Source: the human T2T-CHM13v2.0 reference genome, Homo sapiens
Length of the DNA: 64,000 nt
Assembly: GCF_009914755.1 (NCBI RefSeq)
Contig: NC_060944.1
Reading direction: 5' to 3' (one strand)
Below the pieces are notes generated by a model, which had not been told where the DNA came from, ran no database searches, and worked only from the letters and a program-made list of their open reading frames with translations. How positions within the stretch are numbered: the first letter of the stretch is position 1; every line of letters begins with the position of its first letter. A program made the position numbers and the translations under genes. Below are positions 1 to 18,478 of this stretch, in pieces.

Positions 1-873
1 CGCCCAGGCTGGAGTGCAGTGGTGTGATCTCTGCTCACTGCAACCTCTGCCTCCCAGGTTCAAGTGATTCTCTTGCCTCAGACTCCTGAGTGGTTGGGAC
101 TACAGGCGCCCGCCACCACACTCAGCTAATTTTTGTATTTTTAGTAGAGATGAAGTTTCGCCATGTTGGCCAGGCTGGTCTCAAGTTCCTGACCTCAGGC
201 AATCTGCCCACCTTGGCCTCCCAAAGTGCTGGGATTACAGGTGTGAGCCACCACGCCCGGCCTCTATTTTTTATCTCTAAAAATTCGTCTTTTTCTGGAC
301 ATTTGTATAAATGGAATCATAAAATATCTGTTTTTTGTGTCTGGCTTCTTTCACTTAGCATAATGTTTTTGAGGTTCATCCATGATATAGCGTGTTTCAT
401 TAGTTTGTTCTCTTTTATTACCAAATAGTAATAATTCCATTGTATAGACAACATTTTATTCACATACTATTTAAAGATAATATATTTCTAGACTGGATGA
501 GACATTTACCAACTTTGCTAAGTATGGTATAGTATAGTGGTGACTCAGTATTTTTTAAATTAATCCACCAATTATGCTTTTTTGTAATATGGTAATAATT
601 TCCCTGTTTAAACTATGATTCTATCCAGGGCCTATTGTTCCTTTACTAAATGGACCTAGGTGGTCGAACTTGAGTTCTTGTTTCTACATGTGATCATTTT
701 TCTTTCTCTTTCCCTGTTTACCATTTGTTTTGCTTCTTTAAATGTACCTACCTTTAGCACCCTCCCTCCAACACTTTTCTTTTTTTTGAGACGGGAGTTT
801 TGCTCTTGTTGCCCAGACTGGAGTGCAATGGCGCGATCTTGGCTCACTGAAATTTCTGCCTCCCGGGTTCTAG

Positions 874-1002
<129 letters not shown>

Positions 1003-1647
1003 TGAGGTGATTCGCCCACCTTGGCCTCCCAAAATGCTGGGATTACAGGTGTAAGCTGTTGCACCTGGCTCCTCCAACACTGTTACAGTAAAAAGATCTG
1101 GACTGAATCCTAAGGATATTTTCCATCAATAAAGCAAGAAGAAAATAAGAATATTGTGGCATTAATTTTTGGCAACTTGGATTCCCATTTGTGGCTTTCC
1201 TAATTTTTAAGCTGTTTTCCAGGCCCCTGCAATAAGAGAGACGTTATGGGTTTTTCTGTTTCTGGAATCGATTTTATTCTGCTGGCGATCAGCACTTTTT
1301 TATGAGGTATTTGGGATACAAAGATGGTTAAAACACTAGGTTTAAATTAGAGTTAGACATATTTCAAAAAAAAGGCAGGAATAGTAGTGCATGAGTAATA
1401 TACCTTTAGTAATTAACATCCCGTATCCATTAATTATTAAGCATTTGCACAAAATTTTGGCAGACTTTTTTTGCAGTCATGAAAATCACATTTTTCCTTT
1501 TAAAGTCATGTTGGAATTTAAGTTATAGTATGTTCTTTATTACAAAGATTTAATAAAAGGCTTTGCTTACATGGCATGTTTAGAAAAGAAAAAACATGAA
1601 AACTACTCTCTTGAAACTCATTTTCTGTTTAAACTTTGATGTTAAAG

Positions 1648-1693
1648 GTGCTTCTCAGAATGATGATGGCTCCAGATCCAAGGATGAAACAAG
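1648..1693 (+). CDS. ITCH: ITCH coding exon (46 nt), linker after C2: ASQNDDGSRSKDET(R)
   Basis: aag|GT acceptor and AG|gtaagc donor; translation matches the human ITCH linker and joins in frame to the exon at 15642. Confidence 0.93.
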
Positions 1694-2166
1694 GTAAGCA
1701 TTCACTGATTGCTTACCACAGAATGCGGAGAGATAGATTTCCTAAATATTCATTTTAGTGTAAACTTCAGGTTCATGATATAAGAATAAATGAGTGTCAG
1801 AAAGAATTCAGAACTCAAGAAGGGAAATATTTGCAAAAGATTGAAGACTCTTAGCTTATCGGATTAGAGCTATCTGGAGTGGGCTAGGGATAACCAAATT
1901 GTTGATACTTCTTCAGCTTGTAGAAAATAAATATACTGGCACCTTTTCAGAGGCAGGGTGTTCTAAACTCCAGAGCCATCATTGGGCTGTTAAGTTTCTT
2001 TTCCAGAAAAACTGAGATAGGAGCTTTACACATATGTGAAGGTCACCACTAGCTATGGTATCATCTGGGCCTTCATTAGAAGGGGCAGAGCTTTGTACCA
2101 GCTGTTTGCTGTTAGCCCAGGTTTAGCACTTTCATGTGCCTATCTGCGTTCAAGTTTGGACCTAAA

Positions 2167-3160
2167 TGTGGGGAAAAGAAAGAAAGATCAGTTTGTTACT
2201 GTGTCTATGTAGAAAAGGAAGACGTAAGAAACTCCATTTTGATCTGTACTAAGAAAAATTGTTCTGCTTTGAGATGCTGTTAATCTGTAACTTTAGCCCC
2301 AACCCTGTGCTCACAGAAACATGTGCTGTATTGATTCAAGGTTTAATGGATTTAGGTCTGTGCAGAATGTGCCTTGTTAACAATATGTTTGCAGGCAGTA
2401 TGCCTGGTAAAAGTCATCGCCATTCTCCATTCTCGATTAACCACGGACACAATGCACTGCAGAAAGCCGCAGGGACCTCTGCCCAAGAAAGCCTGGGTAT
2501 TGTCCAAGGTTTCCCCCCACTGAGACAGCCTGAGATATGGCCTCGTGGGAAAGGAAAAACCTTACATCCTCCAGCCCAACACCTGTGAAGGGTCTGTGCT
2601 GAGGAGGAGTAGTGAAAGAGGGAGGCCTCTTTGCAGTTGAGATAAGAGGAAGGTTTCTATCTCCTGCTCGTCCCTGGGAATGGAATGTCGGGGTGTAAAG
2701 CCAACCATTCGTTCTATTCTGAGATAGGAGAAAACCGCCCCGTGGCTGGAGGTGAGATATGCTGGCAGCAATACTGCTCTGTTACTCTTTGCTACAGTGA
2801 GATGTTTGTGTAAAGTGAAACATAAATCTAGCCTCTGTGCACATCCAGACATAGTACCTTTCCTTGAACGTATTCATGATACAGATTCCTTTGCTCACAT
2901 TTTTCCCTGCTGACCTTCTCCCCACCATCACCCTGTTGCCCTGCCACACTCCCCTCGCCAAGATAGTAAAAATAGTGATCAATAAATACTAAGGGAAATC
3001 AGAGACCAGCGCTGGTGTGGGTCCTCACACGTTGAGCGCCGGTCTCCTGGGCCCACTGTTCTTTCTCTGTACTTTGTGTCTGTGTCTTATTTCTTTTCTC
3101 AGTCTCTCGTCTCCACCTGACGAGAAATACCCACAGGTATGGAGGGGCAGGCCCCCTTCA
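2167..3160 (+). mobile_element. HERV-K(HML-2) solo LTR (LTR5A/LTR5B-like)
   Basis: Starts TGTGGGGAAAAGAAAG..GATCAG..TGTTACTGTGTCT and ends CCCCTTCA; 994 bp; 6-bp TSD CCTAAA/TCTAAA (1 mismatch); AATAAA at 2981-2986. Confidence 0.92.
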
Positions 3161-3512
3161 TCTAAAAGGTGTTGAAAGCCTTGGACTATGTGAATTAACT
3201 TAGACTGCTTATTGGTTATCCTGGAAATCGGTAACAGCAGATAAAATTAGGAAAGGAGATGATTCTGCTTTTAAAGTAGTGAGTGGCATGTCTTAACCAC
3301 AGAGTGCAGTGATTATAAAATTCCATTTGATTCTTTGTTTTTCTCAAATTGCATAAGCAGTGAGTAGGAAGAAGATGATGAACCACAGGAGGAGTAGTCA
3401 GAAGGGGAGAAGAACGAGAAAAGTAATGTCACAGACTGTGAGGGAAAATTATCCACAAAGATGGGATGTTACAGTGTCAGATGCTGCAGAGGAGGATAGG
3501 TGAAGAAAGTAG

Positions 3513-3845
<333 letters not shown>

Positions 3846-4002
3846 TGATCTCAAGTGATCTGCCTGCCTTAGCCTCCCAAAGTGCTGGGATTATAGGCAT
3901 AAGCTGCCATGCCTGGCCGATAGATATATGGAAGTTTTTTGGTTTTTTTTTTTGTTTTTTGAGGTGTTGTCTCACTCTGTCACCCAGGCTGGAGTGCAGT
4001 GA

Positions 4003-4122
<120 letters not shown>

Positions 4123-4467
4123 TAGTAGAGACGGGGTTTCACCATGTTGGCCACTATGGTCTCATTCTTCTGACTTCGTGATCTGCCTGCCTCAGCCTTC
4201 CAAAGTGCTGGGATTACAGGCATGAGCCACTGCACCTGGCCAATATATGAAGGTTTTCATAATAAAAAGTTAAAGACAACTCATCAAGATCTTTAGGAAA
4301 ATCAAAGTTTATAAAGCTGTTGTGTCTTACCTAATAGGTATCTGCTTTCACATTCTTATGATGAAGAATCATCTATACTAATCTCACGAGATGTAGAATA
4401 TTAAGGAGCAGTAACTTCTTGCCTAGAAAATAGCAGATACTTTTATTCTTTACTGTGATTAAAATCA

Positions 4468-4614
<147 letters not shown>

Positions 4615-6088
4615 TTAAAATTAAAAAACGGTAGTTAGGCCTGGTGGCACGTGCCTGTAGTCCCAGCTGTTGGAGTGGGGAGGGTGCCCAAAGTGGGAGG
4701 ATCACTTGAGCTGGGGAGATCAGTGAGCTGAGATCGTGCCACTGTACTCAGAGTGATGACAGTTAGACCCTGTGTCAAAAAAAAAGAAAAGCAATAGGAC
4801 AGGTTTAAAAAATTACATAAATATCTGTAGACTGAATACTATTATGTCTCTTTTGTCTTTTTTTAGTATTATTATATTTAGTAGAAGATTTCTTGAATTC
4901 CTGAAAGTTCCCGCATAAAATGTTTTAGTATTTCAGTTTGCTTTGGTCATTTACCTCTTCTTTTACACAATAAACCTGTATCTTTGTATAATAAGTGGGT
5001 ATGTAAAAGGTTCTGTTATGCCAGTGTGTTGTTGCTTGTTTGTTTTCTGCAAGTCTCTTTCTTAACAGTATTTTCATCAAACCACTTGTACTCTGGACAT
5101 CTTTAAATTTATTATAAAGGCATTGCTGGATCCCCTACTTAATGCTATTTAATCAATGCTTTTTATCTTCCTAAGTGAATCATTGTCATAAATAATTTGG
5201 GGAACAATGTCTTCTGGGTTTCTGAGACTGCCTGACAAATCTTTGAGTATGTCTTTTGTGTTAAGCATAAGTTCCTGTGCATCAGCTTTTATTCCAGAGC
5301 ACACACACCTTTGAGATGACAGGTTTGAAAAGCATTTTGTAAACTGTCAAAAGCTGTTTAAATGTTACTACACAATAATGAGTAGTAGTCATAGCTGTGA
5401 CTGCCTTTTCTCCTTTGCTTTTGTTTGCAGATTTCATGACTATAAAACTAAAAGGCAGGGAAGTATATATGTAGTGGACAGGTGCTTCGCATCCTTCCCT
5501 CCATCCTCATAGTTATCGTTTAGGAAGTTTACTAATAGCCTTAGGTTATTTTAGCTTTTGATCTTAATTCAAGCACTGTCTGTATCATAAATGTGTTTAT
5601 TGATCTGTTTTCCCCACAGCATGTCTGGATGTTTTATGTTTCTCAGTGTTGTCTTCTGTTTATTTGTTTATTTTTATGAAGTACCAAGATTATTGGTGCC
5701 TGATTTTCAAGATTTTGTCGTTAGATGTGCGTTCTTTTTTTTTGTTTTTAAGTTTATTATTATATTTTAAAGACAGGCTCTCGCTCTGTTGCCCAGGCTG
5801 GTCTCAAACTTTTCACCTGAAGCATTTGCCCTATCTCGGCCTCCCGAAGTGTTGGGATTACAGACATGAGCCACCACGCCCAGCACATGTGCCTTCTTGA
5901 TTGTTACTCTTTGATTTGAACATTTATGACCTGATTGTACTATAATAGCATTTTGGTTGTCTGAGGTTCTCTATCCTGTCCATAACTTATGAACTTATTT
6001 ATAGGTCAGATGTATATGTATGTTGAAATTAGCAGATGTTTGTAAGATTGTGGAATAGGGGAACAAAGTTATAGTAGCACATAATTAG

Positions 6089-6343
<255 letters not shown>

Positions 6344-6586
6344 TGATCTGCCCACCTCGGACCTCCCAAAGTGCTGGGATTATAGGTGTGAGCCACCATG
6401 CCCAGCCAGCTAATTGCTTTTCAAAGCCAATTGGTGGTGTTGGTTCCACTGACAATTCTGTATACTGTATAGATTTCCGGATTGATTTTCAAAATCTATT
6501 TTTAGTTTTAGCCTCACACTTTACTAAAATAACTTAAACTTATTAAAATAAATAAAATAAACCGCCAGTACTATTTTAGTATGGCC

Positions 6587-6720
6587 CTGCTTCTCAAACT
6601 TTAGAGCACATTAGAATCACCTGGTTCATTAGATTTGGGGTGGGACTCAAGATTTGCATTTCTAACACATTTCCATGTGATGCTGATGCTGCTAGACCAG
6701 GGTCTACATTTTGAGAACAC
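6587..6720. mobile_element. MER5-type (hAT-Charlie) DNA transposon remnant
   Basis: CTTCTCAAACTTT..AGAATCACCTGG..TGCATTTCTAACA..GATGCTGATGCTGCT..TTTGAGAAC. Confidence 0.7.
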
Positions 6721-7249
6721 AATGGTTAGACACACACGTTTTTGCAAATTATAACTATTCTGGGAAATAATAACAGATAGTAAAAACAGACTTCTTATAT
6801 AATTTTTCATTATATAAGAAGTCTGTTTCCCCAAAGTCCGAGCGTGCAGAATTTGCTAGAACTGTCAATCTGTCTTAATTTCATACCCTTTTGAGAGCTG
6901 CTTTGAATCTTGTTTTTTTTGAACTGTTGTTTTTATGTTTATTATTAGAAAATAATACGATTGTTTTAAAAGATGTAAATTAAATAGTGTGTAAAGTAAA
7001 ATGTATAAAGCCTTAATAGAAGAAATAATATTTGACCTAAGACCTTAAAACAGAGCTATAAACTGTATATGCATGTCTTAGAGGAATTGGAGGGAAGAAG
7101 GAATTCTAAATGGAAAGAAGAAAAACAAAGGTGGTGAGAAACACAGGTTGTTTTGTAGGAAATCTTTAATCATAATATTTGGCTAAAGGTGCAGTAATTT
7201 CAAGGGAGAAATGGCATTTGGTGATTAGAAAGTAGAATCAGTCAATATA

Positions 7250-7480
7250 TATTTATTTGCCTTTATATGATAGACACTATGCTCAACATGTCTATTCTTC
7301 CTTCAGTTAGTCCTTAAACGTTTATGAGTTAGGTACTATTGTCTCATTTTTATAGGTGATGAGAAAACAAGCTTAGAAAGGGAAAGGAACTTGCTTGAGT
7401 TAATAGCGTTAAGTGGGACAGTTGAACCTGGAACAGCCTTACCTTCAGAGCCTGAGCTCGTAACTATCATGCTTTACTGC
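7250..7480 (-). mobile_element. MIR SINE
   Basis: AGGTACTATT..CATTTTTATAG..GAGAAAAC..AACTTGC core on the reverse strand. Confidence 0.6.
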
Positions 7481-8792
7481 CACCTGAAGTTGGGATGATA
7501 TACAAGTAAGTGCTTAGCCATTAATAAATGTTATTTTTATTGTTAGATAGGTTGGGACCAGATGGAGGTTTGCAAGTAAAGACTTACGGAATTTTTTTTT
7601 TTTAAAGGAAAGGAATGTCTTTTAAAATAATTTGATTTTGTTCTGTTTTGTTTTGTTTTAAGACTGAGTTTTGCTCTGTCGCCCAGATGGGAATGCAGTG
7701 ACGCGATCTCGGCTCACTGCAACCTCTGCCTCCTGGGTTCAAGCAGTTTTCCTGCCTCAGCCTCCGAGTAGCTGGGATTACATGCGTGCACCACTAGACT
7801 TGGCTAATTTTTTGTATTTTTAGTAGAGATGGGGTTTCACCATGTTGGCCAGGCTTGTGTCGAACTCCTGACCTCAGGTGATCTTCTTGGCCTTCTTGGC
7901 CTCCCAAAGTGCTGGGATTACAGGCGTGAGTCACCACGCCCAGCCTAAAATATTTGAACAGGAGATTGTATGATCAGAACTCTGTAGGAAAAAATATTTT
8001 GACAGTGGTATATAGTTTGGATTATGTGGTGGTGAGTGAAGGTTGAAAGTCCTATATGGAAATTTGTTACAATAATCTATTGAGAGGTAACGAAGGCTAG
8101 AACTGAGGCAATGATGGTGGAAGAGTAGAGGGAGAATGTGAAAGTGGGATCAACAGGACTTAGATACTGAGTGTCAAGAGGCACAGGGAGGAAAAATGTA
8201 AAATTGCCTGGGAAAGACAGCAGTATCGTTCATAGAACCAAAACCTAAGAAGGAAGGAAGACCATAGGAAGAGAATGTTTAGAGGGACGGGAGGACCTGG
8301 CAGGGCATGGTGGCTAACACCTATAATCCCAGTGCTTTTTGGGAGGCCCAAGGGGAAGATTGCCTCAGCCCAGGAGTTTGAGACCAGCCTGAGGGACAAA
8401 GCGAGACCCCATCTCTACATAAAATAAAAAATTAGCCAGGTGAGGTAGCATGCTCCTGTAGTCCCAGCTACTCAGGAGGCTAAGGCGGGAGGATCCCTTG
8501 AGCCCAGGAGTTCAAAGTTGCAGTGAACTGTGATTGCGCCATTGCACTCCAGCTTGAGTGACAGAGCAAGACTCTTGTCTTTAAAAAAAGGAAGAAAGGG
8601 AGGGCCTTGGGATGGGAGAGTTATTCTAGATCTCCTGCATTTAGTTGATAATTTGATACTAGAGGATGGGAGTGAGATAAAGAGTAGAGATTGATTTGGG
8701 AATCATTCTCTGAGATAACCTTAGAAATCATGGAATTTGAGATCCTAGGGAAAAATCTGTGGAGAAAGAAAAGGAGAACAAGAACACAATCA

Positions 8793-9246
<454 letters not shown>

Positions 9247-9859
9247 TTAACACTATCAAACGCTGCAAAAGAGAATTAAGTCTTAGATTAATAAGCTAGG
9301 GAAAACTGGCTGTTTGGAAAAAGAAAAGAAAAATCAGGTTAACGCCTTAGCTTATCCCAAGATGAGAGTAGATTCGATGTTGACTTTTAAATTGATTTTA
9401 AAAAATTAAACTAAAACCTCTAGAAGAAAATATGAATAGTTAATTCATTGCTGAATAAATTTAGCTATATAGAAATATAAAACTCTTATAATTTAAAAAT
9501 GTATTATCAAAAGCAAAGGAAATATTTAACCAATATGAGATGCTCAGTATTCTCAGGTTGTAAAGATCTCTTAAAAATAGGCAAAATTATTCCCTTGTAA
9601 TAGATAAATGTACAAAAAACATATATATAGTTCATGAAAGAAGAAACTGTAATGACCTGTAATTATATGAAATATTGTTCATCTTTAATTTTAAAAAGCA
9701 TTAACATTTTTGCTTACCAAATTGGCAAAGATTTTAAAACTTTATGGTGAAATGGGTGTTTTTATTTTGCGGTACATAATTTGAAAATGTCCAGCAAATG
9801 GGAGAACAGGTCAATTATTACCTTTAAAACTATTTTTTAGGGCCAGGCACAGTGGCTCA

Positions 9860-10213
<354 letters not shown>

Positions 10214-10216
10214 TTA

Positions 10217-10497
<281 letters not shown>

Positions 10498-12295
10498 TCA
10501 AAATATTTGCATGTTTTGACTTGGTTGTTCTATTCTGCAGTCTGTCTAAAAGAAATAAGAAATCCAGGCAGGGCATGGTGGCTCACGCCTGTAATCACAC
10601 TTTGGGAGGCCGAGGTGGGTGGATCACTTGAGCCCAGGAATTTGAGACCACCCTGGTCACCATGGATAAACCCTGTGTCTACAAAAAATACAAAAATTAG
10701 CCAGGTGTGGTTGGGTGTGCCTGTGGAATAGGAGGATCACGTGAGCCTGGGGAGGTCAGGGCTGCAGCGAGCAGTGATTGTGCCTATGCACTCCAGCCTG
10801 GGCAACAGAGTGAAACAATGTCTCAAAAAAAAAAAAAAAACCCAAAAAGACCAATGAAAAGAAAGCGATTAAATTGTAGTATGTCTATATATAATTTTCT
10901 GCAGTCATTCAAAATGATTTTCAGTAATTTGGGGGAAATGCCCAATATGTATTGAGTAACTAACCAAATAAAAACCCACCCAGAATATGAAACCATTATA
11001 CAGTGTGTGATTGCAGTCACATCCAATGAGAAGGACTGACAAGAGATAGTCCTATGTCTTGGTGGTAATTATCTCCAGGATGTAGGATGGCAGATAATTT
11101 TTATTTTATAATTAGAAGTTACTTTTGTTCTTTGAAAGTCTGTTTTAAAAATTAAAATGGGGGCTAGGCGCAGTGGCTCATGCCTATAATCACAGCACTT
11201 TGGGAGGCTGAAGTGGGCAGATAGCCTGAACCCTGGAGTTTGAAACTAGCATGGGCAACATGGCAGGACCTTGTCTCTACAAAAACATACAAAAATTAGC
11301 TGGGTATGGTGGTGCATGCCTGTATTCCCAGCTACTCAGGAGACTGAGGCGGGAGGATCATATGAGCCTGGGAGGTGAGGCGGGAGGATCATGTGAGTCT
11401 GGGAGGCTGAGGCTGTGGTAAACCATGGTTGTGCCACGGCACTCCAGCCTGGGTGACAGAGGAAAACCCTAAGGGAAAAATAAAATAAAATGCACTAACT
11501 ATATTAACTGCATTTTAAAAAAGAGTATAGTGAAGGAAAGGGGAATGGGAAGACAGCTTGAGGAACAGATAGGATTGAGGAAACATTTTAGGTTTGGGTG
11601 CTTGATTATATTTGTAGAGTAAGACAAAAGGTCTATAAGAAAGGAATATAATGAAGATGCAAGAAAGCATTAAAAGATGTTGGGCAGTCCTAGAGGATAT
11701 AGTCTGCCATCCAGGACATGATAGGCAAATCATCCTTGAAGAAGGGGAGAGAGACTTTTTCAGACATGGGAAACAGATGGAGATGGTTAGTGGCACAGAG
11801 AAATTTTAAGGTATGGGAGAAAGTTGAGGGATAGCAGATAATCATTATTTTTAGGGAAGAGGAAGAGTCAGGGATAGCTACAGATTGGTATTAGCAATTT
11901 GAGGAGATGGAAAAGGTTTGCAAGGGGCACTGGGGATGGGTCCAGGAGTGGATTAGAGATGTAGAAACTGATTGATTTCTAAACAATATAGATAACCCAA
12001 TTAAAGTTGTTGAATAATGTCAGCTGTAGCCAATGTTGGCTTGGTCTCTTTGACATAATCCAGTTTTAGGTATTTGAATACTCTATAAATACAAATACAT
12101 AGACTGAAGCACAATTTTAATTTTTTTCTATCTTTTGCCTAGGTCTGTATGATTGTATAGGACTTAGAGCTTTTTGTCCTACCAAATTATTAATTTCTTT
12201 ATTCCCATTAATTTTAATACCAGCACACTAATCTCATTAAACCCATGGTTTTACTACTAGGTTGTCAAAGTCATCCGTCATTTATAATTCCCTAG

Positions 12296-12649
<354 letters not shown>

Positions 12650-13789
12650 TAATAAGAGGGGAGAAAAGAGTTTTTGTCTTTAATAATTGGTAGTGAAAAC
12701 CTCTGACCTTTTCTTTACTGGGCCCAGTGGAAAATTTATTAGAATTGTTTGTAGAGCAGCCTGCCCTTTAATATGCTACTTTACTTAGTTTATTTACTCC
12801 ACTAAAATACACCTGACTTCTCAACTGGAACATTCTCCAGCATTACTTGTTGGTCTGAGAGAATAGTAGTGTAAAAAGTAGATGAGGGGTTAGTTGTGGT
12901 GGAAGAATTTCTGGGAGGGGAAGCAGTTGGGCAAGGGTGAAGGAATTGAAACTACTAGGGAAAGTAGCCTATGATGAAGCCCAAGTGAGGCGTGAAGTGA
13001 GCTGATGAACTGTAAAGATTCTGGAAGGAGTTGAAGGTTGTGATGAGACTGAATAAAAGATACTGTAGGAGGCAGGTAGAATAAATAGGAAGTTGTAGTT
13101 AGAGGGATTTTAGAGTTCAAGATCTAGGAAGAGGAACAATTCTAAGTATCAAGGAAATTTAAGGAGTTGTACGGGTTATCAGATGACTCCATTGAAAAAT
13201 TGAGATCAAAATGTTATAAGGGTGTACAGCATTGATGTTAAAATTCCCCAAATTTTAATCCCCAGCAACAAATCATAGCATTTTTGGAATCCTGTTTCTG
13301 CTGTACCTTTATCATAGTAGGTTTATCTCATGCACTGAATGTTCCTTCTCCCTCACATATCCCTAAAACTTGTCTAGCACTGAATGTGCAATTTAGTATG
13401 AATTTTCTAGCTGAAAGATTTTTAGGCATCTTGTAGTCAAGATAATACATTTTAGGATGCATTCTTGGGTCACATAACTCATCAGTAGCAGAGTCAGAGC
13501 TAGAAACCTTAATTTCCCAATTTTTGGTCTATTCTACTCATTGTTATCTGTTATTTAAAAAGCAGCAGGAACTCTTCTTTCAAACTAGTTAGGAACGTCT
13601 TAAAATAGCATGGAGAGGCAATACGCAGTCTTAAAATGGTTTTGGAAACCTCACTTAGAAGAAGAGAAGCAGTGTCAAAGCTGACTCTTCCTGCATTCAG
13701 ACCATGTTCTGCAGGTAGTCAACACTAATCAGGTGCTGACTGCCAATTACTGAGGTGTTCCCTCTATTATAAGCATTTGGGGAACCCCC

Positions 13790-13960
13790 AAAGTAGTGCT
13801 TGTCATACCTTACTGTCCACATATATAATCTGGGGATCTTGTTAAAATGCTAGCTCTGATATAGTAGGTCTAGAATAGTTTTGAAGATTGTGCATTTCTG
13901 ACAAGCTCCTGTATAGTGCTCGTCCGTTTGGTTTAAAGACCACACTTTGAATAGAAAGGC
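13790..13960. mobile_element. MER5-type DNA transposon remnant
   Basis: CTGGGGATCTTGTTAAAATGC..GTAGGTCT..TGCATTTCTGACAAGCTCC..ACCACACTTTGA. Confidence 0.7.
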
Positions 13961-14130
13961 CCTAAAGGATTTCTGTGGTACACAGTTTGAAAATGTCTTT
14001 TAAAATATGAGGACTGGTACGCAGTGGCTCGTGCCTGTAATTGTAGCACTTTGGGAGGCCAAGGAGGGAGGATTGCTTGAGGTCAGGAGTTCAAGACCAG
14101 CCTGGGCAACATGGCGAAACCCTGTCTCTA

Positions 14131-14346
<216 letters not shown>

Positions 14347-14419
14347 TTAGCTTGACTGTAGTACTTTTTTTCACTATGTATATCAAAACATCATGTTATA
14401 CTGTTTTTATTAAAAATAA

Positions 14420-14644
<225 letters not shown>

Positions 14645-15447
14645 TAAATTTTTTTGTACAGACAGGGCCTTGTCATGTTGCCCAGGCTGATCTGTCACTC
14701 CTGCGCTTAAGTGATCCTTTCACCTCAGCTTCCCAAAGTGCTGCAATTACAAGCGTGAGCCACAGCACCCGGCCTCTGTTAGTTGAATCTATTAGATTTT
14801 ATTTTGTTCAGGCTTATTCTGAAATTCCTAGGAGTATGGGTTAGTACTGTGTAGTGGTTTGGAGGTAGTACATACCAGAGCCTTGGCTGAGACATCTGCA
14901 GACTGGCTACTTATGCCCTTGTTTCTAATCTATGACTAGAGCCCCTCTGGAAGGAAAAGGAATCAGCTATATTTAGCCAACAGTAGCAGTAGCTTTCAGT
15001 CTGACATTTCCTGTTAGTGTTCTTCCCTCCTTTCTATCCCTCCAGTTGATGTCATTGCTTTGAAGAAATGACAGCTCCTTTAAAAAAAGTCTGTGGTTAC
15101 TTCTACTCTAAATCACTAGCTTTGAACATTTTGTGTACCATTGTACTGAGCTGGGGGATATCAGGGCCTAGTCCCTGGGAAATACGTGCACTTTGTTCTC
15201 CTAGCATGGGAAAACCAGACCTGCCTCAAACTTGAATTAATAGCCAGTGGAAATCAAGAAACAACAATGGTAAAGTTATCTGTGCTTGTGATAAAATAGT
15301 GCCCTAAGGATTTTGAGAACTTGACTTTGTTCCTGTTCATATAGGGCCTTCTGAAGGCTTATTTGAAATATGAACCAGCATACCTAATAGTTCTGAATGG
15401 CCACAAGTGTTCCTATGCCCTTGGACAACCCATCACTCTATTTCTAG

Positions 15448-15831
<384 letters not shown>

Positions 15832-16414
15832 TAATGTCCTGGTTGGCAATTAATCCTCAGGTAAGTGTCAGGAAATTCTTTTAGGTGAATTTTCTGCGTG
15901 TATTTTTACATTTAAGATTTTGGAAAAGAATGATCTTTCTGTAGGTAACCAAAAGTGCCTTTTTCCTAAGTTTTTGTTCAAGGTGACGTTACTGAGGCAG
16001 TGCTCTACTGAGAATGAAAATGACATGTGCGTAATATAAAGTATAGGCGGTGCAGATAACATGGCAATAACATTGTACCTTTCTTAAATGGTTTGTAACT
16101 ATAACATAAATGTATTAAATACTCAAGGATTTGGTTGCTTATTCCTAGTATATCCTTTAAAAAGTTAGTAAACGAAAACCCAACAATGCTAAATGACCCA
16201 GATTTTAAATAAAAAGTACACAACAAACAAGCATATTTTAGGTAGTAAAAATGTGAACACCTATAAGACTATCCACTTCTCTGATAGCCAGAACAAATCT
16301 TTAATCTTACCTTTTATTGTTTCTCTCTGCTAATATGTGGGCAGGGAATGCAGTGTAGTTAAACCAAATATTACTAGAAAAGTACATTAGTTCTCTGCAA
16401 ATAATTTTAAGTGA

Positions 16415-16624
<210 letters not shown>

Positions 16625-17279
16625 TAGAGATGGAGTTTTGCCATGTTGCGCAGGCTGGTCTGGAGCTCCTGAGCTGAAAGTGATCCTTCTGCCTCGGCCT
16701 CCCAAAGTGTGGGAGTTACGGGCGTAAGCCACTGCAGCCACATCTTCCCCTTTTATAGATAATTTGATTAATTGTATATTCTGAGTCTTTAAGATGTCTT
16801 TATTATAATCTTGGTGACTTCCTCTAGACATTGTTTTGTCCACAAGTATTTCTTAAAGGTGTAATGTATGACTACTAACTATCTGTAAGAATGTTATTTC
16901 TTATCAGACCTTCCATATTATAACCAACATCAAAAATTGGTCTGTAATCTGCACGGTTTCACAGGAAAGCAGTTTTAAGGAGCTGGAAAATTAATAAATG
17001 AACTTAAAATACCAAGGAATATTAATAATTTCCTATTCTAAAAGTTTTTATTTCCAGTGACATCAGAAGATCAGAGAACCTGTACATGCTTCGTGATTAG
17101 TAATGGGACATAGGGGTAGACAGGACCGAAAAAGTAAACAAGCCTATTAACTGGCAGCGTTGGTTATTTCCCATTACTTATTTCTTTAAGTAATTTTCAC
17201 CTGTGCATCTACATCTTAAGTTTTATATTTATCATCTGCCTTTTATTTTTTACAGTTAAAATTCTATCCTGAATTTTAG

Positions 17280-17513
<234 letters not shown>

Positions 17514-18143
17514 TGAGTAACTTTTTAAATTAACATATGTTGTCTTTAGGATTCTTCATAAGCCTACTTATTAATAAGGAAAATAACAGTAAACAACAGT
17601 AAACTCCATTGTTTTGATGACTGTTTTTTAATTTCTTTTTTTTTTGAGATGGAGTGCTCTGTCTCCCAGACTGGAGTGCAGTGGTGTGATCTTGGCTCAC
17701 TGCGACCTCCGCCCCCTGGGTTCAAGTAATTCTCCTGCCTTAGCCTCCCTAGTAGCTAGGATTACAGGTGTGCACTACCAAGCCCGGCTAATTTTTGTAT
17801 TTTTAGTAGGGGATTTCACCATGTTGGCCAGGCTGGTCTCGAACTCCTGACCTCAAGTGATCCGACCACCTCAACCTCTGAAAGTGCTGGGATTACAGGC
17901 ATGAGCACCCAGCCAACTGTTTTTATGTTATTGTAACTGATTTTGGGGGATCTGGAGTCAAAATGAACAAGGAAAACACACCATATTTGAAATCTTCAGG
18001 GCAAAGTGGAAAAATATATTTTTTCATCAAAGGACCCTGAAAGTTAACCAAGGCCAATTAATAAAATAATCACCTAATTCCAATTGCCTTTTTCTTTAAG
18101 GGGGAAAAAATCCCTTTTTAATATCAAACTATTTTTTTCATCA

Positions 18144-18478
<335 letters not shown>

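Noticed and set aside
2259-2982. ORFs in the LTR5 region
   Set aside because: Chance ORFs within a solo LTR; no gag/pol/env sequence follows, and a TSD flanks the LTR
11345-11406. 31-bp internal tandem duplication in an Alu right arm (similar 13-bp one at ~41522-41548)
   Set aside because: Common slippage events within Alus with no evident consequence
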